Assembly (NCBI GenBank): GCA_013239625.1 | Contig: MU057347.1 | Location: 15,333,388 to 15,397,387, forward strand | DNA length: 64,000 bases | DNA from: Lama guanicoe | Lineage: Eukaryota | Reading direction: 5' to 3' | Shown: piece after piece, positions 39,252 through 51,118 of the stretch | Numbering within the stretch: position 1 is the stretch's first letter | Layout of the letters: every line of letters begins with the position of its first letter | Translations under genes and position numbers: made by a program | The notes under the pieces: generated by a model | Told to the model about the DNA's origin: nothing | Database searches by the model: none | Seen by the model: only the letters and a program-made list of their open reading frames with translations

Positions 39252-39551
39252 NNNNNNNNNNNNNNNNNNNNNNNNNNNNNNNNNNNNNNNNNNNNNNNNN
39301 NNNNNNNNNNNNNNNNNNNNNNNNNNNNNNNNNNNNNNNNNNNNNNNNNNNNNNNNNNNNNNNNNNNNNNNNNNNNNNNNNNNNNNNNNNNNNNNNNNNN
39401 NNNNNNNNNNNNNNNNNNNNNNNNNNNNNNNNNNNNNNNNNNNNNNNNNNNNNNNNNNNNNNNNNNNNNNNNNNNNNNNNNNNNNNNNNNNNNNNNNNNN
39501 NNNNNNNNNNNNNNNNNNNNNNNNNNNNNNNNNNNNNNNNNNNNNNNNNNN
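39252..39551. other. N-run, 300 nt
   Basis: Directly visible. Confidence 0.99.
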
Positions 39552-39649
39552 TTGTGGATTATGGGCTTTCACAAAAGCATTTATTGCGGGCATAAAATAT
39601 AAAACTCTAAAGAGTGGGTTTGACTAGGGTTGACTGGAGGGTCCTTACC

Positions 39650-39837
39650 NNNNNNNNNNNNNNNNNNNNNNNNNNNNNNNNNNNNNNNNNNNNNNNNNNN
39701 NNNNNNNNNNNNNNNNNNNNNNNNNNNNNNNNNNNNNNNNNNNNNNNNNNNNNNNNNNNNNNNNNNNNNNNNNNNNNNNNNNNNNNNNNNNNNNNNNNNN
39801 NNNNNNNNNNNNNNNNNNNNNNNNNNNNNNNNNNNNN
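39650..39837. other. N-run, 188 nt, framed by minus-strand splice-like signals
   Basis: The N-run is directly visible; flanks read on the minus strand as tttcctttattccag before it and G/gtaagg after it. Confidence 0.95.
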
Positions 39838-40646
39838 TAGAGCTGCTGGAATAAAGGAAATGTGGGGTTAAGGATGAAATTTCACTACTGTAGGTCTCAA
39901 TCTGATACTGGAATGTGTTGCCCCAAGCAAACATCCATACGCAAATAAATAAATTTAAAAAACGGGAATGTGGAATTATGGACAAAGTTATAAATCCACT
40001 CCAAAGCATTCTTTCATTTTAATTTCTAACCACAGCTCTAAAAATTAAATAGCTGTTTTTCTCCAGAGTTTTGCTTGCTGTAATTCTTTAATGTCTTACT
40101 CAGCAATTGGAAATTAAGTTTCTTCTTTAACTACTTTTTTTTCTTTTGATTCATTGGCTTTTTTTTTTCTTTTTTTTCCAGGAGCACTTTCAACAAAGCT
40201 ATTGTTTATTCACTCTTCTGGACCCCAGCATCCTCCTGTTAACAGGCACGGGGGTCAGTCAGGCCGGCAGCTGCTGCCGATTCTTTTCACTGCTTCTACA
40301 GTGGGATGTTCTGAGGCCAAATTCAGCAGAGCCGATAATTCGCTTCAGTTCTTGAATGTGGTTCTGGAAAACCCGGGTCACTAACAAACAGAAGCCATTA
40401 AAATGCATCTATCAGACAAATTTACTTCTTCCCGCAAATCAGAATTCTCTTTAGTCCATCTCAGAAGTTGACTGCACCTCGTGTTCAAAACCAAACAGAA
40501 CCATCGTGCTAAGATACATACGGGGTGTGGGGTGGAGGGAAGGGAAGGAAAAAAGCGGGGGCACAGAGAGCGAGAGGCAGGCTAAGGTGAAACAGGGGTT
40601 CAGGCAATATTTCTCTTTTAATTAAAAAAATCTATTACAAACTCTG

Positions 40647-40648
<2 letters not shown>

Positions 40649-40682
<34 letters not shown>
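40649..40682. repeat. (GT)17 microsatellite
   Basis: Directly visible. Confidence 0.98.
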
Positions 40683-40683
<1 letters not shown>

Positions 40684-41142
40684 CTGTTTCATGCGTAAAC
40701 TAGCACATTGTCAGAGCTCAGAGCTCAATAAATGTTGATGGATGACAGGGTGACATAACCATTATAACATCAATTAATTTGCTGTCAAGAAAAAGTGGGC
40801 CCTTCAGATTATCCAGCCATAATTGTTGCCTTGGCTTTGCTAACTTCTCCCCTTTCTGTAACAGGTTATGTGAGTGGTTATCAACACATATGCCTCAGAC
40901 ATATTCAATAAAAGGCTGCATTTTCTCCCCACATGCCATGATAGAAAAGAAAAAAAGGAAAAAATTTATTGTGGTGACTAGTTACCTGTTAAGATGTGAA
41001 TATGTGGTCATCCTGAGAGACCAATGAATCAATGTGGGGATTGTAAAAGAGAACACTTGTTGTAGTGCTGGTTAAACTGGGTTTGAAGATGAGCTGTGAA
41101 GCCAACACTTATTAAGCACTTACATGGTAGGCATATACTAAG

Positions 41143-41898
41143 CAGGGCCAGGGCTAGGGTAACTGATGTGAGGCACTCACTGTGGGTACAAAATTAGAGG
41201 TGGGGAACACACATTAAAAACCTCAGTAATCAAGATAACTCACATTTTAATACACTATTTTAAAAAATGAAAGTCAATATAAAAATCTATAATGAACAAA
41301 ATATCAAAACTTTAAATAAAGACAGTGCTGTGTAGAGCCATATTGGAACCTGAAGCAAAAAGGGGAAAATGTGCATTTCGCATTATGCATGCTCGTATGT
41401 ATTTTTTAACTGTTAGTTTTTTTCCCCCAGAATATTAAAGAAATTGAAAAAAAAACTAAAAATTTGACAAGTAGGTGTATTAAAACTCATAACATTAAGT
41501 TTAAATATTTTATTTTTGTCCTAAACAGAATTGATTATAATTTCATGTTTCTGGCTTGAATGGAAGCAAAGTCATCCTTTTCATTTCATCAACATTTTGA
41601 AAGTCTAATTCTGAAAAAAATTAACCATTAACAAATACATAAAAGCATGCATATAGGAGTGCACATTTTCTGTTCTGCCTGATTCCAGTATGAACTCACA
41701 TGGAGCTGTTACTGATCCTACTTTCATGTAGAATTTTGACATTTTATTCATAATGGATTTTTTTCCATTAATTTTGTTTTTTTTTAAAAAAATGTTGCAT
41801 CAAAATATGATTTATCTTGATTACTGAATTTTTTGGCATCCCCCTAAATTCTATGCTCAAGGCAAGTGCTTCACCCCCCTCTCCTGGTCCCAGAACTA
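41143..41898. mobile_element. Long hAT-Tip100 (MER96B-related) element with about 240-bp inverted arms
   Basis: ctcagtaatcaagataa...aatgaacaaaatatcaaaa on the left mirrors ttttgacattttattcat...ttatcttgattactga on the right. Confidence 0.75.
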
Positions 41899-41994
41899 CA
41901 GCACTTCACATGTTATGCATTTAATCTCTCGATACACACACTGGGTAGGCCTTACTATTATGCCTAGTTTGCAGGTGAGGAAGCTGAGTGGCGG

Positions 41995-42434
41995 GGGGCC
42001 TTTCAGTGCCCACCCCCCACCCCCCAGGCATTCACAGTTCCCTGTATTCCAAAGGTGACTACAGGCCCCTGTGACTCTGCCCCAGGGCCTTCCCTGGTCT
42101 CCGGGGAATGGTCTGTCAGCGTGAGTGAAGAGGTGCTGCCGTGTCAAGGCCTGTAGGGGCAGCCCCCGACCCCTGCTGGCAGAGGAGGAACATCCCCGCA
42201 CCCTGCCTTCCTCGCCGGGTGGGGCAGCACTGAGGCTTGCCGCTTGCTGCAGCCTCCTGGATCGCCCGCTGCCAGCAGCAGTAACCTGCTCGTTGACACT
42301 TCCCACATTGAACTCCCTCCCTTCCCTGTCTTGCTTCCTACATCCTGACCAGTGCTTTTTGGGATCACCTCCCAAATAAACAACTTGCCCTCAAAACCTC
42401 AGGATCTGTTTTGGAAGAACCCAACCTAAGATGC
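41995..42434. mobile_element. LTR33-like LTR, inverted relative to the 21.5 kb and 60.3 kb copies
   Basis: gggatcacctcccaaataaacaacttgccctcaaaa...aacccaacctaaga. Confidence 0.8.
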
Positions 42435-42556
42435 TGAAGCACAGAGATGTAGGGTAAGTAACTCACAGAATTTATACATCTAAGATGATGTGGAAGAGCA
42501 GGAAGTCATCCCAAGGGAACCAGCCTCCAGGGTCTGCGTTCTTACCAACATTCTGC

Positions 42557-42897
42557 CAGCACTTTGGCGAACTCCAGCTTATGGGCCAAATTTGGCTCAC
42601 TGCCTATTTCTGTCTGGCTGTGAGCTGTGAATTGTTTTTAACTTTAAAAAATAGTCAAAAAATAATAATAAAAAAGAAAAATTACATTTTTTTGATGTGT
42701 GAAAATAACATGAAATTGAAATGTCACTGTCTATAAATAACATTTTATTGGCACACAGCTATGCCCGTTCATTTACATATGGCCTGTGGGTCCTTTCCAG
42801 CTACAATGGCAGAGTTGAGAAGTTATGACAGAGACTGAATAGCCTGCAAAGCTAAAAATATTTACAAACTTTCACAGAACAAGGTTGCGGAGCCCTG
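42557..42897. mobile_element. MER58B-like MITE
   Basis: tgggccaaatttggctcactgcc...ttttattggcacacagc...ctacaatggcagagttgag...gcctgcaaagctaaaaatatttac. Confidence 0.85.
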
Positions 42898-43747
42898 CCC
42901 TACTGCCTTTCTGTTCCAGGTTTGTAGCTTATTACTTGGGTGGCCTTAGACAGGTTCCTTTACTAACTTCCCTGAGTTTCAGAATTTGTAAATATAAAAT
43001 GAGATAAATAATTGCTTCCTTAAAGTACTTGTGAGGATTTAACATTTGAGGTAATATTTGCAAAGCACACAGTTCACTTCCTATAAACCTGATTTCCATT
43101 TCTACCAAAGTAAATTTTATGAAAATATCGTTATCTAAGTTGTCCCTTAGCCTATGAAAGCCCTATTTAGCTAGTAATCAGCAGGTTTTTCTGAAGGGTT
43201 GGTCTGGGATGATGTTTACCTTCTATAGTTAATGGTGGGCCTAATTGCTTGTTAGCTGCAGATTCCTTTAAAGTTGGGCAAGACATGGGAAAGCAGAGAA
43301 AACAAATGCATAAAAACAGAGCAGCATGGAAAATGTCAGGAGTAGTATGTGAGAAACTGGAATCAATATTCAAAACGCATGCATGTCTCAATTTTTCTTC
43401 GTTACTTTGTCACTGTTTTGAAAAGTCTAAATTATGCTTGCAAAAACTTAATGTATGCATACATATGTATGAAAGTGTACAACTTAGCATGGGTGAGACA
43501 GACGCGCACAACAGTAGGTTTTGCTTAGAATAAGAGGCAGAAGCAAGAGGTAAAATGCATTTCCTTGCAGCAGTGGTGTGGTGGGTCACTGCACTAGATC
43601 CTCTCAGGAACAGGTAAACAGACTGATGGGGAACAAAGTGTGCTTCCAACATTTCTCCCAAGTCCATCTCCTTTGCTCCATTGCTCAGTCTGGGCTGCCT
43701 TCAGCTCTCTGCTGGCTTATGGCTTCCCAACCCAGTCTCCTTCCCCA

Positions 43748-43945
43748 ACAATGATTTTCAGCTGGGGTGATTTTTCTTCCCAGGGGACATTTTTTTTTTT
43801 TTTGGAACCATAACCAGGAAGAGGCTACTGATATCTAAAGGGCACAGGTCTAGGATGGTGATAAAATCTTACAATGCACAAGACAGCCCCCTTTCCTAAT
43901 AAAGAATTCTCCCGCCACAAATGTCAAGAGTGCCGAGAATCCCTG
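43748..43945 (+). mobile_element. MER20 MITE
   Basis: ggggtgattttt...ccaggggacattt...acaatgcacaagacagccccc...aaagaatt...aaatgtcaagagtgccgag. Confidence 0.8.
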
Positions 43946-43959
43946 CTCTCGTCACCCCC

Positions 43960-44465
43960 TCCAGTGGGTTCTCGATTCAGCAACCAGAGTGCTTTTTACT
44001 TTCTAAAATGTAAATTTCAGACTGGTCATGTCACTTCCTTGCTTATGATGCTTTGTTGTGTTCTCATTGCTTGTAGGGTAGGACCTGCATCCTTATTCAT
44101 GATTACAAACCTCCCTGGCCTGTTTTCTCCTTCCTCCTCCCACTCTGTCCTTGCTTAGCTATAGGCTTTGCACAAGCTGTTTCCAAAAGCTGAGGCACTT
44201 TCCCTCAGCCCTCTTCACCTTTTCCTGGCCGACTCCTATGCGCCAGTCATGTCAAACATCAGCTGACAGTTTAGCTCCTGTGAATGGCAGCTACCATCTC
44301 TCTGACATGATCCTTAATCCCTTTCATTGTAATTGCTCGATCCATTATCTGCATTTCTATTTAGACTGGACACTCTCTGAGGGCAGAGATGGTGTCTGTC
44401 TTTTTCACTATTACATATGCAGTGTCTGGCACACAGAGGCTTTCAGTAACTATTTATTGATGAAA
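43960..44465 (+). mobile_element. L2 LINE 3' portion
   Basis: ttctaaaatgtaaat...ggtcatgtcacttcctt...ctctgagggcagagatggtgtctgtc...gtgtctggcacacagagg...ttattgatgaa. Confidence 0.8.
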
Positions 44466-44764
44466 GGAGTACTTACACTGGTTTGTTTATATGAGATGGT
44501 CTATTTGGAATGTTAAGACATTTACAAGTGCAGACAGTTGTGCTAATTCATACTTCTGGTTTGTGATAATACTGGTGTGCCATGTAACTATACTAACTGT
44601 AAAGTAAGAAAAGGAAGTAGCAATCCAAAATTGTGGAATTTGAGCAATGTACATTGAGACTGTTCTAGATCCTCTGGAGAGGATGGAGGAGTGCTGGTTA
44701 ATTTACTAACAGTAATTTAAAAAATTAACTAATAAAAACATCACTAGACAATAAGCAATGCCAC

Positions 44765-45250
44765 TGTCAAGATCTTTGGAGGGTCTAAGATTTTACATTA
44801 CTTGCTAGATAACAAGTGAGTTCCACGGATGCTGGCTGAAGACACGAGACTCCTGGGTCAGAGACAAAAGATTTAGTTACTCACAGTACAGCAGGAGGAG
44901 CTTTGTATTTGTGTCTGTTCCCTTTGCCTGCAAGTCCCGTGTAGCCACTGGGGAGTGGCCTGGGTAGATTCTGCACATGCAGCAAGTTTATGCTACAGCT
45001 GGGTATCCCCACGTTTAAGAAACCTCCAGTATTACAAAGGGGCTACTGGTAAATCTGCCCAAATGTTGCTTTAGACCAAGATATCATTTTTATTTCCGAG
45101 GTCAGGAAACAAATCTGCTTTCTGCCCTGGAGGAAGACAGGCTATTTTTCAAGGCTATACACTATACAAATATTCTTGAGAAGACAGTCTGGGGCAAAAG
45201 CTGTCACAAGGCATGTAGAAATGCCACGGAGAGTCGCTCCCTCTCCTACA
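44765..45250 (-). mobile_element. ERVL solo LTR (subfamily not resolved)
   Basis: ggagggtctaagatttta...ggatgctggctgaagacacgagactcctgggtcagagacaaa; tgt...aca termini. Confidence 0.65.
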
Positions 45251-46241
45251 GAGTCACCTTGACTTTAGAATAATCTTCAGACTCAACCTCTTTTCTACCC
45301 TTTGAAGTTTGAGGTAATAATTCCCTGCATACTCATTTACATGCAAGATAGATGGAATGAAGAGAAGATGTAGAAACATGCCTGGGTTTTCCGGTATCAA
45401 ATTATTTTCATACACGCATATGTGTTGGCAAACATTCGGAAATGCATTTCTCTGGGAATGGCACCAGCCATCAAACCATCAAGTCCTATTGATTGCATCT
45501 TCCAAATGTGTCTTGAATTCATCCATTCACCTTCACCCCCATTACCGCCATTGTTTCAGGCTGCCACTTTCTCTCTTGGGGATTATGGCAATGGTTTCCT
45601 AGGTGGTGCTCCCCTTCTGCTCCAGGCACTGCTTAGCTAGCCCCTTGAAGCCCAGTTTCCTTACCTCTGAAATGGAAACAGCAATATTCCTACCCCACAG
45701 CATTTCTGCGGGAATTACATGGAATGAGGCAAGTCAGCCTGACAAGTACTGAGGCTCAGCTGTTGTTAGCTCTCATGATTTACTACTTCTATATGCGCAA
45801 GCCCTGGATTCATAGTCTCTAACTTTGATTTCTTACAACCAACATGAACTCTGAGGCAAAAATCTTCAAAGTGAAATCACTCCTTATGAGTGGAATCAAG
45901 TAAGGCCAAAGCATTTTGGGCTGAAAGCTGTGATACAAGGAGAAGGGGTTTGAAATTGGGAGAAAGGATAAAATAGATCAACTGATGCCTACCCTTCAAA
46001 GAAACATTATGTTAACTATTCTCCTATTGCAAAGCAATTCCATCTCACTAGGAACGTACATTTGCTAAGTACATCAGAATTAAAAAAAAAAAGATTTGAA
46101 AGCTCTTCTCTATTCTGTGATTAACTGAACATGTTTGGGCCAATAGAGGAGGAATAAAATTACCACACCACCGTATGTACGTGAGATAAAATATATGATT
46201 AAAAATATTTATTATACTGATGTGGAAAAGAATAATATGTT

Positions 46242-46421
46242 NNNNNNNNNNNNNNNNNNNNNNNNNNNNNNNNNNNNNNNNNNNNNNNNNNNNNNNNNNN
46301 NNNNNNNNNNNNNNNNNNNNNNNNNNNNNNNNNNNNNNNNNNNNNNNNNNNNNNNNNNNNNNNNNNNNNNNNNNNNNNNNNNNNNNNNNNNNNNNNNNNN
46401 NNNNNNNNNNNNNNNNNNNNN
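46242..46421. other. N-run, 180 nt
   Basis: Directly visible. Confidence 0.99.
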
Positions 46422-49400
46422 CAGTCAGTTTGATTTCAAAGGCCAAAATTTATAGTTTTGTTCCTGATTTAGTGATAAGATTTTTTAACATATTGAGCGT
46501 TTTATCACCCTCTATCAGGACATGGAGTTGAACTTACAAATGAAAAAAAAAAAGGCCAACAAAAAGAGGGCCATAAATAAGATACTACAGAATGACAGAG
46601 GAGTTTAATATTCCCTTTGGGTCGGTGGGAATTACTCAGATTTCTGTCCTTGTAAACATATGTCCTGGTCTCTACGGAAGATGTGTTATACAATCTTCAT
46701 GCTCCTGGAAAAGTAGTCGTAGACAAAGCTGGAACTCCAGACCACAAGGACTTTGCCAGAGCATAAAGGAAACTTTATTGTATGTATGCTCTGCCGTGTG
46801 TCAGCTAGGGTTTATTCAAGGCAGATAAAACGTAGTTATTGGACACTTCTGATATGTCGAAAATAGGTGCAGATATTTAATGATGGGAAAGTTCATGACT
46901 CAGTAAAGATGACTCCCTAGCTGGTAGCTTAGGACAGAAAACTATAAAACCAAATTATGATAATCATCAGAGTCAGGAGAAAAAAAGGAGGCCCACCGAG
47001 CTCTATTTATTGAATTTCTGACTTCATTATACACCACCTACTTTGGAAACACAGGGAACAGATTTTTGATAATCTCAGTAGATGTGCAAAGTAAAACTAT
47101 TTTGTGATCACTACAGTGATTTTGGGGGGGGAAGACTTGGACAAAACAGGCAACAGTAGGGAATAAAAACAGTCCACCTGCCCCACAATCCACTCACACG
47201 TATCCGGAATTTACTTCTGAAGAGTTGGTTTGACATTAAACTAGTGAAAGTAGATGTGGTTGTCTTGTTTTTTACCACTAACAATCATTTTTTTTCCCCA
47301 AACAACGTTCCCATCACATACCAGTGTCTACCTGTCCTGACATAAAAGTTAAACCATTGATCTGGGGCTTAAATAGAACTTTGAGCTGCAATGGTCTATT
47401 TTATCACACGTAGCTTATGTGTTGAGTCAGCAAGGCCAAATACACTTCTAGTAGACATCACATCTAGACAGCAGGGGTCCTGCCAGTTCTTTATTTTTTA
47501 ACCTTCACTCGGATCTGTGTTTTAGGGAGAGGGTCAACATTTTCTACCTGTGACATTAAGAATATCTATGCCTTGGACAGTGCCCTTGGCTGACAACTCT
47601 TGTGGATGATTTTATATGGAGTATCAGCACTTGCTCTGCCAGGTTACAGAGCTGTTAGCATGAATAAGATGCCTTTTTTTTGGTATGCTTGCTAACATTT
47701 ACAGAGTTCTTACTATGTGCTTAGGTTTTTTGTTTGCTAAACATTCTTTGATTTTATTAAAAAATTTTAAACCATTCTGTAGCATTAAGGTGTTGCTGCA
47801 AAAGCTCAGTGATGTACTATATATATAAGTCTTTATTACTCTTGCTTGAGGGGTGTCAGCTAAGTGGCCTTTGTCTGGATTGCTCACATATCTGGGTATC
47901 GGCTGGGGCCACTGGGTGATGGATGACTCGTCTCTGCCCCATGCTTCCATCCTCCAGCAGCCTGGCCGGGACATATTCTCACGATAGTGGCAGAAGGCTG
48001 AGCAGGACACACAAGACTCTTGAATCCCAGACCCAGAACTGGCACATCATCACTTCCATCGAACTCTATTGGTCAAAGCAAGTCAACAAAGTCAACCCAA
48101 GTATAAGGGATTCTTCCTGTTTATTGAGAAACACTGTAGAGTGATAGAGCAAAGGGTGCAGATACAAAGATGGAGAAGAACTGGGGCCTGTAACTGAATC
48201 CACCATGCAGCTCATTTAATCCTGACCATCATGCAGTGAGGTAGGTACTGTTATGGTTCCCATTTTGCAACAGAGGGGACTGAGGCACAGGGTGGGTGAG
48301 TAAACAGCAAAAAGTCCCCAGCCAGAAGTGGAGAGAGCCTGGGCTCCTGATGTTGTGCTAGACAATCTGATTATAAGAAACACGAAACCTGTAGCTCATC
48401 AACTCAGGCTTTTGAAATTTATACTCACACTCCAGTGGTGGAGTGAGAACACATTGTAGTCTGCAAAATAAGATGCACAATAGAACTGTATTCTCTAGAT
48501 TTCAACCTAATTGTTAACCTGTAGCTCCCATTCTGCTGAGATGGCAGAAAATTCAAACTGAGTTCTTCCTGGAGAGCCCCTCCTATTATGGACATCTGTC
48601 ACTGCTCCTGGCTGCCAAGCATCTGTCTGCGTTCCCTCCTCAAGTTGGAGGAACCCTCATGTTTACAAGGCAGAGCCCATCTTCCACTTCTGATGATGGA
48701 AAAAAACAGATAAGTACTCTCCCAGCCTCCTTGGAAGTTCCAGATTCCAACAAGAAGCTTGTGACAAGAAAAAGCAGGGCTCACACAGAATCCATTCTGG
48801 CAGCAGATCATAGAAAAGGCAGTGGTCATATCCTGGTAGGGGTAAAAGTTGTTCTGACATCAGTGTCCAGCGTCCAGCACTGTTTAAACTACAGTGTCTG
48901 TGCCCAATGCTGGCTGTGGGGGGAAGCATCACCATGGGACCTGCCTCGCAGTGCAATTTTAGGCATTGTTCTGACTGCAAAGCCTCCAAACCTGGTCCTT
49001 CAGAGCTCCTGGGAGTTTCTGTGAGCTACAGAGAATCCGTTAGAACTTTTTTTTCTCTTGTTGAAATCAATCAGAACTTGCTTCTCTTCCTTGCAACCAT
49101 GAGTCCTGACCCCTCCTGGTTTGAGCCACAGTTTTGGGGCCTTGCTCTGGACCTGGACATGAGGTGAGTCCCTTGATCTACTGGCTTTGGAACACATAGG
49201 CTCCTGCAGGCATGTCCATTGCCCAATTTTCTTGACAAATGCAGCAGCTCCTTGCTACCTCTCTGCCATGTTCGGGATGAAGGGACTTTGGGGAAGATAC
49301 TCATGGCCCCATCCGCATAGACTTGCTATGTGAGCATTTATATTTTGGGGGACCTGCTGCCTCTGTAGGAGGTTATAGGAAGTGAAGTAAAGGCCTCCCC

Positions 49401-49898
49401 CCTCTCTGAGCCCATGGACCATCTTCTTTCTCTCTTTTGCTTACATTCATCTCCAGCCTGGAAGGAGTCTCTTTCTTGTCTGGGGAAATCCCTTTTCCTA
49501 CACATTTTGTCCAATATACTTTGGGTTTGTTTTCAAACTTCCTCTTTCTCTTTTAAAAGTCACATTAATCGCAAGATTTTGGAAAAAGGCAAAAAACCTG
49601 GAGAACAATCTGTGTTCTGCTCTGAGCTACCAGATGCAAATCGACAACCTGATTAAAAGCGAGGGAAGAGGAGGACAATGTGGGAGAAAACTCTGCTTTT
49701 CCACAGGGTAACATCTTACAGCTTGAGTGCAAGGTGCCTCTGGCAGGGCAGGTTTCTAAACAGCCTGGCACAGTTTTGGTCAACTATTCTGATCTCAGTC
49801 CTGACATTTATTCCCCTTGCTGCTCCACAGAACCTGTGCTCTCCTGAACTGTCACCAGCAAAGCCCATTAATAATTCCCAGGAAATAAAAATAGGATC

Positions 49899-50426
49899 TG
49901 CGTAACAAAATAAAGTCTAACCTGTTTTTTCCTCTTTGTGCTTTGTCTGGCTTCACTGGCTTGCTCAGTGCCACATGCAGAGGCCTCACATCTGGCCCTT
50001 CAGACAGGCGTTCCTGGTGCAAAACGGCCACACCTGCACCGCCGCTGCCTGCGCCTCAGCTGGGCAGGCTGTGTGCAGGAGCTGCGCACGACCTTCAAGA
50101 TGGTGGCGGGGGATGGGGGTGCGCATGTGCAGAGACGCTGAGCCCGCCCTGCCCCGCCATCTGGAGCCGGAAGCTGCGCAGTTGCGCCCGCCCCCGTGAG
50201 GACTCCGCCCTCCCCGCCCCGCCCCCGCTGACCGGATCCCTACAAAGCAGCCCCGCCCACCGCCTGTCCCAGGAGCGGGTGCTCTAGACCTCACATTTTT
50301 CCGTCTTTGATCAAAGAATAAAGCTTTCCTTTGCTTCTAAACCAAGCTCTGTCTCGTTCTATCGATGTGAGTGACACTGGGCAGGAGGACCCTTGTTGGG
50401 GAACCGGCTTGGGAGGGTCGGTAGCA
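49899..50426 (+). mobile_element. CpG-rich ERVL solo LTR (MER74-like) with promoter motifs
   Basis: LTR layout: GC boxes, degenerate TATA (ccctacaaa 50238-50246), AATAAA 50317-50322 and a U5-like end gacactgggcagg...tcggtagca; left boundary approximate. Confidence 0.6.
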
Positions 50427-50565
50427 AAACCAGCTAACGTGTCTCCAGTATCTCCTTGCTTCTACATCTTGCTGCACAGAATTATTTTCTCTGCCTGGCA
50501 CGTCCCTTATTTCCTAGCTCTTAGAGACTAAATCCTAACTACCCTCAAGAAGAAATGGAGACAGG

Positions 50566-51118
50566 TATGAAATGTACACCGTGGGGAATGTAGCCAATGA
50601 CTGTGTAATATCTTTGTGTGGTGACATATTATAACCAGACTTGGAGAACGCTTTGAAATGTATAGAAATATCGAATAGCTATATTGTATAACAAACTAAC
50701 ATAGGTTGTAGGTCCATTATACTTCAAAAATAAACAAACTCATAGAGAAAGAAAAGAGATTTGTGGCTACCAGAGGTGGAGGTCGGGGGAGGTGAAATCG
50801 ACGAAAAAGGTACAGTCTTCCAGCTACAGGGTAAATAAGTGCCAGGGATGTAATGCACAACATGATAAATCTGTGTGTTATATATGAAAATTGTTAAGAG
50901 TAAATCCTAAGAGTTCTCATCGCAAGAAAAAAAGAATTTTTTTTCTCTATTTCTTTAATTTTGTCCCTACATGAGATGATGGATGTTCACTAACCTTACT
51001 GTGGTCATCAATTCATGATGAATGTAAGTCAAATCATGATGCTTTCTTTCCATCTTAAACTTATATAGTGCCATATGTCAATGAAATCTCAGAAAACCTG
51101 ATACAAAAAAAAAAAAAA
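50566..51118 (+). mobile_element. L1MC1-like 3' end with poly(A) and degenerate TSD
   Basis: aatcctaagagttctcatc...gatggatgttcactaac...tgtaagtcaaatcat...poly(A); aagaaatggagacagg (50550-50565) versus aagaaacggagagagg (51117-51132). Confidence 0.85.

Noticed and set aside
38910-39627. ORFs of 227 and 236 aa spanning N-runs (also at 26.7, 30.6, 39.6 and 46.1 kb)
   Set aside because: Artefacts: N codons cannot be stops
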